Part shown: positions 10,551-21,580 of the stretch, in pieces
How the letters are laid out: each line of letters begins with the position of its first letter
Numbering within the stretch: the first letter of the stretch is position 1
From: Alphaproteobacteria bacterium
Lineage (GTDB): Bacteria; Pseudomonadota; Alphaproteobacteria; UBA2966
DNA: 64,000 nt
Reading direction: 5' to 3'
Assembly: GCA_964291395.2 (NCBI GenBank)
Contig: OZ219856.1
Span: 736,001-800,000 of the forward strand
The notes under the pieces: model-generated
Database searches by the model: none
What the model saw: the letters and a program-made list of their open reading frames with translations, nothing else
Told to the model about the DNA's origin: nothing
Program-made: the position numbers and the translations under genes

Positions 10551-11483
10551 ATGGCACGGGAACCGGAAGGGCATACGTGCGCGGATGCGCGCTGCGGCGT
10601 GATCGCGCTCGTAGGCGCACCCAATGCCGGAAAGTCCACATTGTTGAACGCATTCGTCGGGACGAAGGTATCGATCGTCACACCCAAGGTTCAAACGACG
10701 CGGGCGCGGGTTATCGGGGTTGCCGTCGAGGGATACGCTCAGTTCATATTTGTCGACACCCCCGGGATCTTCTTTCCCCGTCGTCGCCTCGAGCGGGCGA
10801 TGGTGGATGCGGCGTGGTCCGGTGCCCATGACGCGGACGCGGTCGTGCTCCTCGTCGATTCCCGTCGGCCGACGGACACGGACGACGACGACACGGCGCG
10901 GATCGTCAGAGGACTGGCCGAGGCGGATTTGACGACGGTACTCGCCCTGAACAAGATCGATCTCGTTGAGAAGAGCAAGCTGCTTGCCCTGAGCGGTGCT
11001 TTAAACGGATCCGGCGCGTTTCGCGAAACCTTCATGATCTCCGCACAGTCCGGAGACGGCGTGGGAGACTTGCGAAATTTCCTCACCGAGACCTTGCCCG
11101 AAGGTCCCTGGTTGTACCCGGAGGATCAGGTCGCCGTCATGCCCATGCGGTTGCTGGCCGCCGAGACGACGCGGGAAAAGCTGTTCATGCAGCTTCACCA
11201 GGAACTCCCATACCACCTCACGGTGGAGACGGAGGGTTGGGAAGAACGCCCCGATGGCAGCGTGAAGATCGATCAGGTGATCTACGTGTCGCGCAACACC
11301 CACAAAGGAATCGTGCTGGGAAAGGGTGGGAAATTGATCAGGTCGGTGGGGTCGGCGTCGCGCATCGAGCTCGAAAATGCCATGCAACGTCGGGTCCATC
11401 TGTTCCTTCACGTGAAGGTGCGGGAGGGCTGGCTCGACGAACCAGCCCGGTATCAGGAAATGGGCCTGGAGTTTCCCCGTTAA
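10551..11483 (+). CDS. era: GTPase Era
   Basis: GAPNAGKSTL, DTPG, NKID, KH domain. Confidence 0.97.
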   Translation: MAREPEGHTCADARCGVIALVGAPNAGKSTLLNAFVGTKVSIVTPKVQTTRARVIGVAVEGYAQFIFVDTPGIFFPRRRLERAMVDAAWSGAHDADAVVLLVDSRRPTDTDDDDTARIVRGLAEADLTTVLALNKIDLVEKSKLLALSGALNGSGAFRETFMISAQSGDGVGDLRNFLTETLPEGPWLYPEDQVAVMPMRLLAAETTREKLFMQLHQELPYHLTVETEGWEERPDGSVKIDQVIYVSRNTHKGIVLGKGGKLIRSVGSASRIELENAMQRRVHLFLHVKVREGWLDEPARYQEMGLEFPR

Positions 11484-11498
11484 GCAGGTGTTGGCTCG

Positions 11499-12281
11499 AT
11501 GGATTGGACCGACGAAGGGATCGTTCTATCCGTACGCAAGCACGGCGAATCATCCGCTATCGCGCAGCTGCTGACTAGACGTCGGGGCCGCCACGCAGGC
11601 CTCGTTCGCGGCGGTGCCGGACGAAAGATCCGCGGTGTGCTCCAGCCGGGCAATCAGGTCACCGCGAGCTGGCGCGCCCGGCTTGCGGAACATCTCGGAA
11701 CCCTGACCGTTGAGCCCGTGCGTGCACGCGCCGCAAATCTTCTCTCCGACTCGAATCGACTGGCGGGCCTCAGCGCCGCCTGTGCGGTCGCGGAGGTCGC
11801 CCTGCCCGAGCGTGAACCCCATCCGGGCGCTTACGAGGGGATGCTGACTCTGCTCGACGAACTCGAGCAGAGCGACTCCTGGCCGCTCATCTATGTTCGG
11901 TGGGAGGTGGGACTGCTGGCCGAACTGGGATTCGGGCTGGATCTCGGGTCGTGCGCGCGGACGGGCGTAGAGACGGGATTGGCGTACCTCTCCCCCCGAA
12001 GTGGGCGTGCCGTCAGCGAGGCGGCAGCCGGGGAGTATCGTGACCGTTTGCTGCCCTTGCCCGCGTTCCTCGTTGCGAACGGGCGGGGTGCAGGTCACGC
12101 GGTGCCTGCAACGCCCGAAGACTTGCGGGACGCGACTACGGATGGATTGGCGTTGACAGGCCATTTCCTGGAACGCCACGTTCTCGGCAATCGAGGTGGC
12201 GCGCTTCCGCCCGCTAGGACGCGACTGGTAGAACGATTTTCTCGCAGAACCACAATATCTAGTGATATATCAGTGCAATGA
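11499..12281 (+). CDS. recO: DNA repair protein RecO
   Basis: [17 protein letters not shown]..., position after era. Confidence 0.95.
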   Translation: MDWTDEGIVLSVRKHGESSAIAQLLTRRRGRHAGLVRGGAGRKIRGVLQPGNQVTASWRARLAEHLGTLTVEPVRARAANLLSDSNRLAGLSAACAVAEVALPEREPHPGAYEGMLTLLDELEQSDSWPLIYVRWEVGLLAELGFGLDLGSCARTGVETGLAYLSPRSGRAVSEAAAGEYRDRLLPLPAFLVANGRGAGHAVPATPEDLRDATTDGLALTGHFLERHVLGNRGGALPPARTRLVERFSRRTTISSDISVQ

Positions 12282-14506
12282 CTGTTGCTTCACCCGTGGA
12301 AGACATTCGTGATACCGCTCTCACCGATGCATTGAGCGAGCGATATCTCGCCTATGCGCTCTCGACCATTACCGCCCGGTCCCTGCCGGACGTGCGCGAT
12401 GGCCTGAAGCCCGTTCATCGCCGACTTCTGTATGCGATGCGGCAGCTCAGGCTCAACCCCGATCAGGGTTTCAAGAAATGCGCCCGCGTCGTGGGCGACG
12501 TCATCGGCAAGTTTCATCCCCACGGCGATCAGGCCGTTTACGATGCGCTCGTCCGCCTTGCCCAGTCGTTCGCCGCGCGCTACCCGCTCGTCGACGGCCA
12601 GGGGAACTTCGGCAACGTCGACGGCGACAACGCCGCGGCGATGCGTTACACCGAAGCGCGTCTCACCGGCGTCGCTGAGGCGCTGCTCGATGGAATCGAC
12701 GAAGACACGGTCGACTTTCGGGATACTTATGACGGCGAGGAGAGCGAGCCGGTAGTCTTGCCGGCGGCATTTCCGAATCTGTTGGCCAACGGCGCCAGCG
12801 GGATCGCCGTCGGCATGGCGACGAACATTCCGCCGCACAATGCCGGCGAACTTTGCGACGCGCTGCTGCATCTCATCAAATACCCCAAGGCGCGTGCCGT
12901 GAAGCTGGTCGAATTGGTGCCGGGCCCGGATTTTCCTACCGGCGGAGTTCTCGTCGAACCGGTCGAGAACGTCATCGAGGCCTACGCCACGGGACGTGGC
13001 AGCTTTCGGCTCCGGGCAAGGTGGGAAAAGGAGAAGCAGGGCCACGGTCAGTACCGGATAGTCGTGACCGAGATCCCGTACCAAGTGCAGAAAGCGCGGT
13101 TGGTCGAGAAGGTCGCGGAGCTCGTCGAGTCGCGAAAACTGGCCATGCTGGCGGATATCCGCGACGAGTCGGCGGACGAGGTGCGGATAGTGCTCGAGCC
13201 GAAGAGCCGTTCGGTAGATGCGGCCATGCTCATGGAGACGCTTTACCGGCTGACCGATTTGGAGGTGCGGATCCCCCTCAACCTCAACGTCCTCGATGCC
13301 GGCAACACGCCGAGGGTCATGGGATTGCGCGAAGCGCTTTTGGCGTTTCTGGAGCATCGGCTGGATGTGCTCGTGCGGCGTACCCGTCATCGCCTGGACC
13401 GGACGGAACGGCGTCTCGAGGTCCTGGAAGGCTATCTCGTCGCTTTTCTTGATCTCGATGAGGTGATTCGCGTCATCCGCGAGGAAGACGATCCCAAGCC
13501 GGCGCTGATGAGGGCCTTCGAGCTGTCGGACATGCAGGCCGAAGCCATTCTCAACCTGCGTCTGCGGGCCTTGCGACGCCTCGAGGAGGAAGGCATCCGG
13601 CGGGAGCACGCCGACCTGACCGAAGAACGCGAGAAACTCGGAGCGTTGCTCGGGGACGAGGAAAAGCGCTCGTCGGCCCTCGCGGCGGAAGTCCGGGCCA
13701 TTCGTGAGCGATTCGGCGGAAAAACCGAGTTGGGCCGCCGCCGAACCGAGATCGGCTCATCCCCGACCACGACCGTCGTGCCCTTCGAGGCGATGGTCGA
13801 AAAGGAAGCCGTCACGGTGATCTGTTCCGAGAAAGGCTGGATTCGGGCGATCAAGGGCCACGTCGATCCGAACGGCGACACCCGCTACAAAGAAGGCGAT
13901 CGTGGCCGTTTCTGGCTGCATGCGGACACGACCGACAAGCTTGTGCTGTTCGGGACGAACGGCCGCTTCTACACCATCCCCTGCGACAGGATTCCACGGG
14001 GACGCGGCCATGGAGATCCGGTGCGCCTCATGGTCGAATTGGGCACCGAAGATGACATCGTTCGGCTGCTGGTTCACGAAGAAGGACGGACCTTGCTGGT
14101 CGCGTCGAGCGACGGCCGCGGTTTCCTCGTCAAGGAGGACCAGGTCATCGCCCAAACCCGCGGCGGAAAACAAGTGCTGAACGTCGGCGGTGGCGTGGAG
14201 GCACAGGTCTGCGCCGTGGTGTCGGAGAGCGCGGACTCCATCGCCGTCGTGGGAGAAAACCGGAAGTTGGTGGTGTTTCCCATCTCTGAACTGCCGACCA
14301 TGACCCGGGGACGCGGCGTCCTGCTCCAACGCTACAAGGACGGAGGCCTGTCCGACGCCGTCGCGTTCAATCTTGCCGAAGGTCTCTCCTGGCGGTCCGG
14401 CGATCGGACACGGACCGAGACGGATGTCGTGCCATGGACGGGTAAGCGCGCGCAGGCCGGCCGCCTCGCGCCCAGGGGCTTCCCGAGATCGAACCGGTTC
14501 GCCTGA
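12278..14506 (+). CDS. parC: DNA topoisomerase IV subunit A
   Basis: [26 protein letters not shown]; 742 aa ParC-type C-terminus. Confidence 0.95.
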   Translation: MTVASPVEDIRDTALTDALSERYLAYALSTITARSLPDVRDGLKPVHRRLLYAMRQLRLNPDQGFKKCARVVGDVIGKFHPHGDQAVYDALVRLAQSFAARYPLVDGQGNFGNVDGDNAAAMRYTEARLTGVAEALLDGIDEDTVDFRDTYDGEESEPVVLPAAFPNLLANGASGIAVGMATNIPPHNAGELCDALLHLIKYPKARAVKLVELVPGPDFPTGGVLVEPVENVIEAYATGRGSFRLRARWEKEKQGHGQYRIVVTEIPYQVQKARLVEKVAELVESRKLAMLADIRDESADEVRIVLEPKSRSVDAAMLMETLYRLTDLEVRIPLNLNVLDAGNTPRVMGLREALLAFLEHRLDVLVRRTRHRLDRTERRLEVLEGYLVAFLDLDEVIRVIREEDDPKPALMRAFELSDMQAEAILNLRLRALRRLEEEGIRREHADLTEEREKLGALLGDEEKRSSALAAEVRAIRERFGGKTELGRRRTEIGSSPTTTVVPFEAMVEKEAVTVICSEKGWIRAIKGHVDPNGDTRYKEGDRGRFWLHADTTDKLVLFGTNGRFYTIPCDRIPRGRGHGDPVRLMVELGTEDDIVRLLVHEEGRTLLVASSDGRGFLVKEDQVIAQTRGGKQVLNVGGGVEAQVCAVVSESADSIAVVGENRKLVVFPISELPTMTRGRGVLLQRYKDGGLSDAVAFNLAEGLSWRSGDRTRTETDVVPWTGKRAQAGRLAPRGFPRSNRFA

Positions 14507-14556
14507 CCCGAGACCCGGCGGGACACTCGCGGCCCCATGGGGCGCAGGCGCCCGCC

Positions 14557-15035
14557 ATGGAGACGCGTACGGGCGGGGTGCCGTGCAGCGCGAACTCGCA
14601 AAGCTCGCCGGGAGCGGCATCGCGGCCGTGTCCCAGGTTGGCAACCGAAAATACTATCGGGCGAACCCCGATTCGCCTCTCTTCGATGAGATTTGCGGCA
14701 TCGTTCGCAAGACCTTCGGCGTGGAAGAGTCCGTTCGCGACGCGCTCGCGCCGGTGGCGGACAGGCTGACGCTTGCCGTGCTCTTCGGATCGGTTGCCCG
14801 GGGAACCGACACCGCGGCAAGCGATATCGATCTGTTGCTGGTTTCGGACGATCTGACGTTGGAGGCGGTCTACGGCGCTCTGGCGCCGGCCGAGAAGTTG
14901 CTCGGTCGCCGCGTCAACCCGACGCTCTACACGTCGGACGAATTCAGGCGCCGGCGCGTGGAAAAGTCCGGATTCGTGACGCGGGTGCTCGAAGTGCCGC
15001 ATGCCATTCTGATGGGCAGCCTCGATGGGGGATGA
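14557..15035 (+). pseudogene. HTH-fused minimal nucleotidyltransferase (MNT) antitoxin, N-terminally truncated/frameshifted
   Basis: GAVQRELAKL..KYYRAN..LFGSVARG..SDIDLLLV (GS..DxD); no proper in-frame start. Confidence 0.75.
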
Positions 15036-15189
15036 ACACCTGGACAATCTGGTGAGAGCGGGCGGTCTCAAGAGCGAGGCCGCGACCGAGGTCGATGAGA
15101 GCTTGGTGGAGGCACTGATCCGGGCGACGGAAGAGGTCGCCGTGCGCCTCCAGGACATGCTGGCGGGAAGCATGCCGGACGCGGAATAG
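15025..15189 (+). pseudogene. Internally deleted remnant of HEPN-type partner (54 aa)
   Basis: MGDEHLDNLVRAGGLKSEAAT|EVDESLVEALIRATEEVAVRL resembles N- and C-termini of HEPN genes that follow HTH-MNT genes; centre absent. Confidence 0.55.
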
Positions 15190-15316
15190 TCCGTTCGGAA
15201 CAGCGGTGCGGTGGCGGGGCGGACGGTTCTCGGTTCCTGGTATTGACCAGCCGGATCAGCGAGCGGCTCTCGGGTTAGCGTGCCTATCGGCATCCGATCA
15301 ACACGCCGATCAACAA

Positions 15317-16039
15317 TCACTCCCTCAGCAGAACCCAGCCTTCGGCTCTGAGCGCCTCGATGGGCTTGAACCTCGTCTTGTAGGCCATCTTCTCGCTTTC
15401 GGAGATCCAGTACCCGAGATAGACGTAGTCGAGGCTCAATTCCGCCGCCCGCCGAATGTGCCACAGGATAATCGCGGAGCCGAGGCTCAGGCGATGAAGG
15501 TCGGGACGGACGAAGCTGTAGACCATCGACAGTCCGTCCGCCAGGACGTCGGTCAGGCAGGCGCCGCCGAGCTGTCCGTCGGGTTCCCGGAATTCGACCA
15601 TCGAGGTGACGACGGGCGTTTCCTCGACCATGGCCCGGTACTCGTCGAAATCCATGTCCATCATGCCGCCGTCCGGGTGTCGCCACGACAGATACCGGCG
15701 GAACAGCCGGAACTGCTCGGCGGTGGCCGTCGGCGGCCGCTCGCTGACCTCGAGATGCGCGGACTTGGCGGCGATGCGCCGCATCCATTTCTTGGGCCGA
15801 AATTCTCCCGCTAGTACGCGAACGGGCACGCAGGCCGTGCAGCCGTCGCACAGGGGACGGTAGACGATACCCTGGCTTCGACGAAAACCCGCCACCGCCA
15901 GAGCGTCGTGAAGCTGCTCGGCATCTTCACCCCAAAGCTCCGTGAATACCTTCCGCTCGAGTTTGCCCGGCAGATAAGGGCATGGCATTCGCGGCGTGGC
16001 GAAGAATTTCTTCTCGTGAGGATCGACGGACAGATTCAT
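15317..16039 (-). CDS. ate: Arginyl-tRNA-protein transferase family (Ate/Bpt)
   Basis: CPYLPG.ERKVFT, GFRRSQ..YRP.C..C..C, YVYLGYWI..KMAYK. Confidence 0.92.
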   Translation of the reverse strand: MNLSVDPHEKKFFATPRMPCPYLPGKLERKVFTELWGEDAEQLHDALAVAGFRRSQGIVYRPLCDGCTACVPVRVLAGEFRPKKWMRRIAAKSAHLEVSERPPTATAEQFRLFRRYLSWRHPDGGMMDMDFDEYRAMVEETPVVTSMVEFREPDGQLGGACLTDVLADGLSMVYSFVRPDLHRLSLGSAIILWHIRRAAELSLDYVYLGYWISESEKMAYKTRFKPIEALRAEGWVLLRE

Positions 16040-16183
16040 CCCGGGGGCCGTTGATGCGTCTCGCTCAAGAGGTTGCGGCTCACGATCATAAGCGTTTCGT
16101 CCGTCACGTGCATGCGATCACGCTTTCCATATTACGGACGCCTTTCGGACGTTTTTCAGGGAAACGGACACGCAGACCTTTGG

Positions 16184-18574
16184 TTACCGCCTCGGTTGCA
16201 ATAGGAGGGTTCCCAACGCGCCTGCGAGGATGTCCGCGCGATCCATGCTCATGGAGACATATGCGACGTCCCGCCACTCCTTCGCGAAGTTGCCGTAATA
16301 CGACGACAGGATATTTCCGGACTGCCCGGTGCTGTGCATGTAGAGCGACCGGTCGGGGTCCGACAGATCGTAGATCGCCCGATAGCCGGCGCCGTGAAAT
16401 TGCTGGAACGGTTTTCGTTGGTTTCCGATGCGATGGGCCGCCGCATTCACCGTAAATCCGTCCCCGTCCGACTCGAGAGCGATATCGAACAAGTGTGCCA
16501 GCAAGGGCTGATGCGAGAACGGCGTGTGGCCCGCGTAGGCCACATGCGCTTTGCCCCAACGCCATGCCGTCGGGTGGGGTCCGTACTTTCCCGTGAGGTA
16601 GGCAGTGGCTGATGCGAGGGCCTGGGTGATGATCTCCGAGCATGTCTCCTCTCGTCTCGTCCGCTTGTCGTCGCAAAGGTGTTGGCGGTGGTTCAATATG
16701 TCGTCCACCAACAGCGGACGCGCGCTCCAGAATTCTCCGAACAAGGCGCCGATATCATCCTCGAGAAGGAGGCGCGTGATTTCGCGGTACCAGGCCCAGA
16801 AAAGCAACGGTTCAGGACGGTGGCGATCCATGGTGCCGTCCCATTCCGACAACATGTCGACGAAAGGCCGGTTCGCGTCGTCTACCGCGATGCGACCCAG
16901 GAACAAAGGCAGGAAGTCGACCGCGACGAGACTCGTGCTGTCCGCCTGCATCCGTTGCATGTCCGGGATGGTATGCCGGTCGACTTCCGCGAGCATGGTC
17001 TCGATGCGCCGTATCCGGTACGGGGGCGCCCAGTTTTTCGATATGAGGTGAGGGTACGCCTCGCCGACGATTTTGTGATTGGCCGTAGCGATCGATCCGC
17101 CGTCCGGGTTGTAGACGTGCGGCATCTCTTCGAACGGGATGTAACCCGTCCATTCGTAAGTGGCGTCCCAGCCGGGCACGGGCATGGTTCCCTGGACAGC
17201 GTTCGTGGGTCGGCGGATGGGCACGCGTCCGGCCGCGCGGTAGCCGATGTTGCCGTCGACATCCGCGTAGACGACGTTTTGCTGCGGATCCTTGAAATCT
17301 CTGAGGGCGTCGGTGAACTCTTTCCAGTTCCTGGCGCGGTTCATGTACAGGATCGCGCGGGCCGTCGTGTCGCCGCGCCGCAGGGCCGTCCAGGCCAACG
17401 AGATCACGTGACTCGATTCGGCCGCGTCGGCCGTGCGGGGGGAGGCGTCGGATATGACGGGCCCGTGAATCGTCTCCCGCGCATCGAAGCTGAGGTCGTC
17501 TGCGTCCCGCACGTGCACGACCTCGGGACGAATGGCCAGCGGCCTCGGCCCGTCGGGCGTGACGTACGAGTTGGGGTCGCCCGTCGCAAGCTTTTCGACA
17601 TAGAGGTCCTGAACGTCGGCGTTCAGGTTGGTAAAGCCCCAGGCGATCCGGTCGTTCCGGCCCAGGATGATCCCCGCAACGCCGGGAAGCGTCGCGCCGA
17701 TCGCACGGAACTCGGGACAGTCCAGATGGGCGAGGTACCAGACCGACGGCACGCCCAGGCCCAGGTGAGGATCGTTTGCGAGGAACGGTTTGCCAGTGGC
17801 CGTTCGCGTGCCGTCAACGACCCAATTGTTGGAGCCGTTCGCCGAAGATCGGGCCCGCATCGCCGGCATGTCCGCGACCTCGACCGGCGACCTCGACCAA
17901 ATGCCGGTGAGGTTCGGCAGGGCAACGGGCGCGTCCCCCGGATAGGGCGGAAAGAGCTCGGCCAACTGATCGGGCCGCAAGCCGGCCAGCTTGATCAAAC
18001 GCAGCCGGAGCAGCTCGTTCCGCCAGTTCTGAGCCAGGTCCCAGGCCATCATCTTTGCCCACGCGAGGGTGTCCTGTGGCGCCCAGGGCTCGGGTTTATG
18101 GTTGAGGATCAGGAATTCCGGCGGGAGCGGGGCATCATGGGTGTCGAGAAAGGCGTTTACGCCGGCTGCGTAGGAGTCGAGAACCTCACGGGTTTGTCGA
18201 TCGAGCTCGTCGTACGTGCGTTGTGCCGCCCGACGGATGCCGAGCGTACGGAGAAACCGGTCGGTGTTCCGGGCCGGAGGGCCGAGGATCTCCGCGAGGC
18301 GCCCCGCGCCGATGCGGCGATTGACCTCCATCTGCCAGAGTCGGTCCTGAGCATGCGCGAACCCCAAGCCGAACATTACGTCTCTGACGTTTTCCGCATA
18401 GATGTGCGGCACGGCGTTCCGATCCCGAATGATGCGGACAGGGGCGGTCAAGCCCGTCAGTTCGATGGTCCCCTCCACCACCGGCAGGGATCCCCGAAGC
18501 CAGACGTAGGCCCCGCCCGTCGCCAGACAGAGGACCGCGGCGAAGGCGAACAGCGCCCGTGCGAGAGATTTCAT
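16184..18574 (-). CDS. Penicillin acylase family Ntn-hydrolase, N-terminal membrane anchor
   Basis: AVPHIYA, AQDRLWQM, GSNNWVV, LANDPHL, GQSG. Confidence 0.93.
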   Translation of the reverse strand: MKSLARALFAFAAVLCLATGGAYVWLRGSLPVVEGTIELTGLTAPVRIIRDRNAVPHIYAENVRDVMFGLGFAHAQDRLWQMEVNRRIGAGRLAEILGPPARNTDRFLRTLGIRRAAQRTYDELDRQTREVLDSYAAGVNAFLDTHDAPLPPEFLILNHKPEPWAPQDTLAWAKMMAWDLAQNWRNELLRLRLIKLAGLRPDQLAELFPPYPGDAPVALPNLTGIWSRSPVEVADMPAMRARSSANGSNNWVVDGTRTATGKPFLANDPHLGLGVPSVWYLAHLDCPEFRAIGATLPGVAGIILGRNDRIAWGFTNLNADVQDLYVEKLATGDPNSYVTPDGPRPLAIRPEVVHVRDADDLSFDARETIHGPVISDASPRTADAAESSHVISLAWTALRRGDTTARAILYMNRARNWKEFTDALRDFKDPQQNVVYADVDGNIGYRAAGRVPIRRPTNAVQGTMPVPGWDATYEWTGYIPFEEMPHVYNPDGGSIATANHKIVGEAYPHLISKNWAPPYRIRRIETMLAEVDRHTIPDMQRMQADSTSLVAVDFLPLFLGRIAVDDANRPFVDMLSEWDGTMDRHRPEPLLFWAWYREITRLLLEDDIGALFGEFWSARPLLVDDILNHRQHLCDDKRTRREETCSEIITQALASATAYLTGKYGPHPTAWRWGKAHVAYAGHTPFSHQPLLAHLFDIALESDGDGFTVNAAAHRIGNQRKPFQQFHGAGYRAIYDLSDPDRSLYMHSTGQSGNILSSYYGNFAKEWRDVAYVSMSMDRADILAGALGTLLLQPRR

Positions 18575-18935
18575 GACTTCAGTTTGCGCGAATCGGCAGA
18601 ACGGGCAATGGGCGGTATTTATGTAGGACATGCGCGGCCGTGACTGCGCTGCGCCGTGATCGTTCGCGCATGCTCAAGAGCATACGCTCGATCCGCCATG
18701 CTCCTGACGTCGATTGGCGTTGAAAGCGCAGATGAATGCATGACAAGCGCGCGCACGGAGTGCACCCGCAGCATGCAGCGATCCGGTGTGACAAACCAAC
18801 GGCCGCAAGGCCGTACAGCGAGTTCGCCGGCGATGGTTTGGCCGGCGGCGCGGCTTGTGATGCTCTGGCTGACGACAGCGGGACGTGCATCGAACTCGAC
18901 AGTGCAACACACGAACGGTGCCGGCGACCGTGGGA

Positions 18936-19373
18936 TCAGGCGGGTAGCGTTTCGAAGGGGTTCACCGCCCGGATGGCGAGCGGAGCGAAATGGCGCACGT
19001 TGCGCGTGAGGACCGTAAGATCGCGGCAGCCCGCCGTCGCCGCGATGGCGAGGTCGGCGAAGCCGGGCGATTGGCCAGTCGCGCGTGCTCTGTCCATCAA
19101 CGTCCCCGCCAAACGCGCCGCGGCAATGTCGAACGGCATCACCCGGTCGCCGTAGAGGTGGAGCACCAGTTCGAGCCAGTCGCCGAGGCGCGCGGCTCTG
19201 GCGCCGCCGCCGGTCCGTTTCAGCTTGGCGATACCGTCGCAGATCTCGGCGACGGTGACCGTGGACAGGAACAACGCGTCGGAGTGCGCCTCCATCCAGT
19301 CGACCAACGCCAGCGGGCGCTCTCGCCGACCGGGCGCTCCGGTCGACAGAACGTCGGTATCGATCAGATACAA
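18936..19373 (-). CDS. vapC: PIN-domain toxin (VapC)
   Basis: YLIDTDVLS, STVTVAEI, ADLAIAATA, TRNVRHF. Confidence 0.92.
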   Translation of the reverse strand: MYLIDTDVLSTGAPGRRERPLALVDWMEAHSDALFLSTVTVAEICDGIAKLKRTGGGARAARLGDWLELVLHLYGDRVMPFDIAAARLAGTLMDRARATGQSPGFADLAIAATAGCRDLTVLTRNVRHFAPLAIRAVNPFETLPA

Positions 19374-19384
19374 TAAGGCGGTCC

Positions 19385-19627
19385 CTAAAGCGCGGCGTCC
19401 CGCGGTGGTGTCGTGTCCCGCGGCGTCAGATCACCGTCGTCCAGTCCCGAGGCCATCAAAAGACGGCCGAACGACGGGATCGTGCGCAGGCGGTTCCATT
19501 CATCGACCCCGACGATGACGGCCCGGGGCTCGCCGCGGCGGGTGATGACGGCGGTCTCTCCGTGCGCCGCCTCTTCCACCAGGGCCGACAGTTTGGCCTT
19601 GGCCTCGCGCAACTGAACTTCTCGCAT
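19385..19627 (-). CDS. Phd/YefM antitoxin
   Basis: MREVQLREAKAKLSALVEEA..ITRRGEPRAV. Confidence 0.92.
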   Translation of the reverse strand: MREVQLREAKAKLSALVEEAAHGETAVITRRGEPRAVIVGVDEWNRLRTIPSFGRLLMASGLDDGDLTPRDTTPPRDAAL

Positions 19628-19815
19628 GGCGATCCTCCCGCGAACCAATGTGGTCACTTTAGGTCGCGTCACCCGATCCGGCAATCGCATCAGCGGTTGG
19701 ACAGGACGGAACCCCCCGCTTGCGACTTTCGCCCCGACTTGTGAATCTGTAGGAATCTGCGGTCCGATTCGGCGACAACCGTACCGCAGCCACAGGGAGA
19801 GGATGGGAGAATCTC

Positions 19816-20688
19816 ATGGGAATGAAACTGGCGTTCATCGGCCTCGGAGTCATGGGGTTCCCCATGGCGGGCCACCTGGCCACCGCCGGTCATGACGTAA
19901 CGGTCTATAACCGGACGACGGCGAGAGCGCGAAGCTGGGTCAAGAAGTACGGCGGCAGGATGGCCAAGACACCCGCCCAGGCGGCCCGTGGGATGGAGAT
20001 CGTCTTTGCCTGCGTGGGAAACGACGATGACGTCCGCAGCGTCGCCATGGCGAAGGACGGCATCTATCAGGGAATCGAGAAGGGCGCCGTCTTCGTGGAC
20101 CACACGACCGCGTCGGCCAACCTCGCACGGGAACTGGACGCCGCGGCGAAAAAGAAGGGCTGTCAATTTCTTGACGCGCCCGTTTCCGGCGGACAGGCGG
20201 GAGCGGAGAACGGCGTACTCACGGTCATGGTCGGTGGCCGGAAGAGCGCGTTTCGCAAAGTGGAGCCGGTCATCGGGGCCTATGCGCGGGAAGCGCAGCT
20301 CCTCGGTCCCGCCGGGGCCGGTCAACTGACCAAGATGGTCAACCAGATCTGCATCGCCGGGCTGGTTCAGGGCCTGGCCGAAGGCATGAACTTCGCCCAG
20401 CGGGCGGGCCTCGATGGGGACCAGGTTCTCGACGTCATCTCCAAGGGCGCCGCCCAGTCGTGGCAGATGGAAAACCGCGGACGCACGATGTTGCGCAACA
20501 GGTTCAACTTCGGCTTTGCCGTCGAATGGATGCGCAAGGATCTTTCCATCTGTTTGGAGGAGTCCCGGCGCAATGGCGCGCGACTGCCCGTCGCGGCGCT
20601 CGTCGACCAGTTCTATGCTGAAGTGCAGGCACTGGGCGGAAGTCGTTGGGACACGTCCAGCCTGATGAAATTGCTGACCCGCCCATAA
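19816..20688 (+). CDS. NAD(P)-dependent beta-hydroxyacid (3-HIBADH family) dehydrogenase
   Basis: FIGLGVMG, DAPVSGG, TKMVNQI. Confidence 0.92.
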   Translation: MGMKLAFIGLGVMGFPMAGHLATAGHDVTVYNRTTARARSWVKKYGGRMAKTPAQAARGMEIVFACVGNDDDVRSVAMAKDGIYQGIEKGAVFVDHTTASANLARELDAAAKKKGCQFLDAPVSGGQAGAENGVLTVMVGGRKSAFRKVEPVIGAYAREAQLLGPAGAGQLTKMVNQICIAGLVQGLAEGMNFAQRAGLDGDQVLDVISKGAAQSWQMENRGRTMLRNRFNFGFAVEWMRKDLSICLEESRRNGARLPVAALVDQFYAEVQALGGSRWDTSSLMKLLTRP

Positions 20689-20692
20689 TCCG

Positions 20693-21580
20693 ATGAGTGA
20701 AGACGTCGCCTTTCTGGGCCTCGGAGTCATGGGCGGTCCCATGGCGGGGCACCTGGCGGCGGCAGGGCATCGGGTCACCGTCTACAATCGCACGGCGGCC
20801 AAGGCACAGGCGTGGCTTTCCAAGTGCGGAGGTGCCGCTGCCGCCACACCGGCGGAAGCGGCCAGGTCGGCGCGTTTCGTGTTTTCTTGCGTCGGCGGCG
20901 ACGACGACCTCCGGGCCGTCACGGTAGGTCGGGATGGCGCTTTCCCCGCGATGCAACCGGGCGCGGTATTCGTCGATCACACCACGACGTCCGCCGAAGT
21001 GGCCCGCGAGGTTGCGGAGCAGGCGCGGTCCAACGGTCTCGGCTTTCTGGATGCCCCGATCGCGGGAGGCGAGCCCGGTGCGCTGCAGGGCGCGTTGTCC
21101 ATCATGGTGGGCGGCGACGCCGGGGCATTCGAGCAAGCCGCGCCTCTGCTGAAGGTGTACGGGCGTAGTGTCCTCCACATGGGCCCTGTCGGCACCGGGC
21201 AGCTGACGAAGATGGTCAATCAGATCTGCGCGACCGGAATCATCGCATCTCTGGCGGAGGGCCTGTCCTTCGCGGAGCGGGCGGGCCTCGACGGAGAAAA
21301 GGTCATAGAGGTGATCTCGAACGGGTCAGCCGCGTCCTGGCAGGTCGGCAATCGCGCCAGACCGATGCTGCAACGGGACTTCAGTGCCGGCGGCGCCGTG
21401 GGTCTCTTGCACAAGGACCTCGGCATCTGTCTGGAGGAAGCGGCACGGATTGGCGCGTCTTTGCCCGTGGTCGAGCTCGTGCGGTCGTATCACGAAACCT
21501 TCGTCGACCGGGGAGAGGGCAAGCTCGACGCGGCCTGCCTGATCGACCTCTTCAGCGGGAAGAGCGGTGGTGCCGGCTAA
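20693..21580 (+). CDS. Second beta-hydroxyacid dehydrogenase paralog
   Basis: FLGLGVMG, DAPIAGG, TKMVNQI. Confidence 0.9.
   Translation: MSEDVAFLGLGVMGGPMAGHLAAAGHRVTVYNRTAAKAQAWLSKCGGAAAATPAEAARSARFVFSCVGGDDDLRAVTVGRDGAFPAMQPGAVFVDHTTTSAEVAREVAEQARSNGLGFLDAPIAGGEPGALQGALSIMVGGDAGAFEQAAPLLKVYGRSVLHMGPVGTGQLTKMVNQICATGIIASLAEGLSFAERAGLDGEKVIEVISNGSAASWQVGNRARPMLQRDFSAGGAVGLLHKDLGICLEEAARIGASLPVVELVRSYHETFVDRGEGKLDAACLIDLFSGKSGGAG

Noticed and set aside
18632-18935. 300-bp intergenic stretch with several short ORFs
   Set aside because: No motif, RBS or repeat supports a gene or ncRNA.
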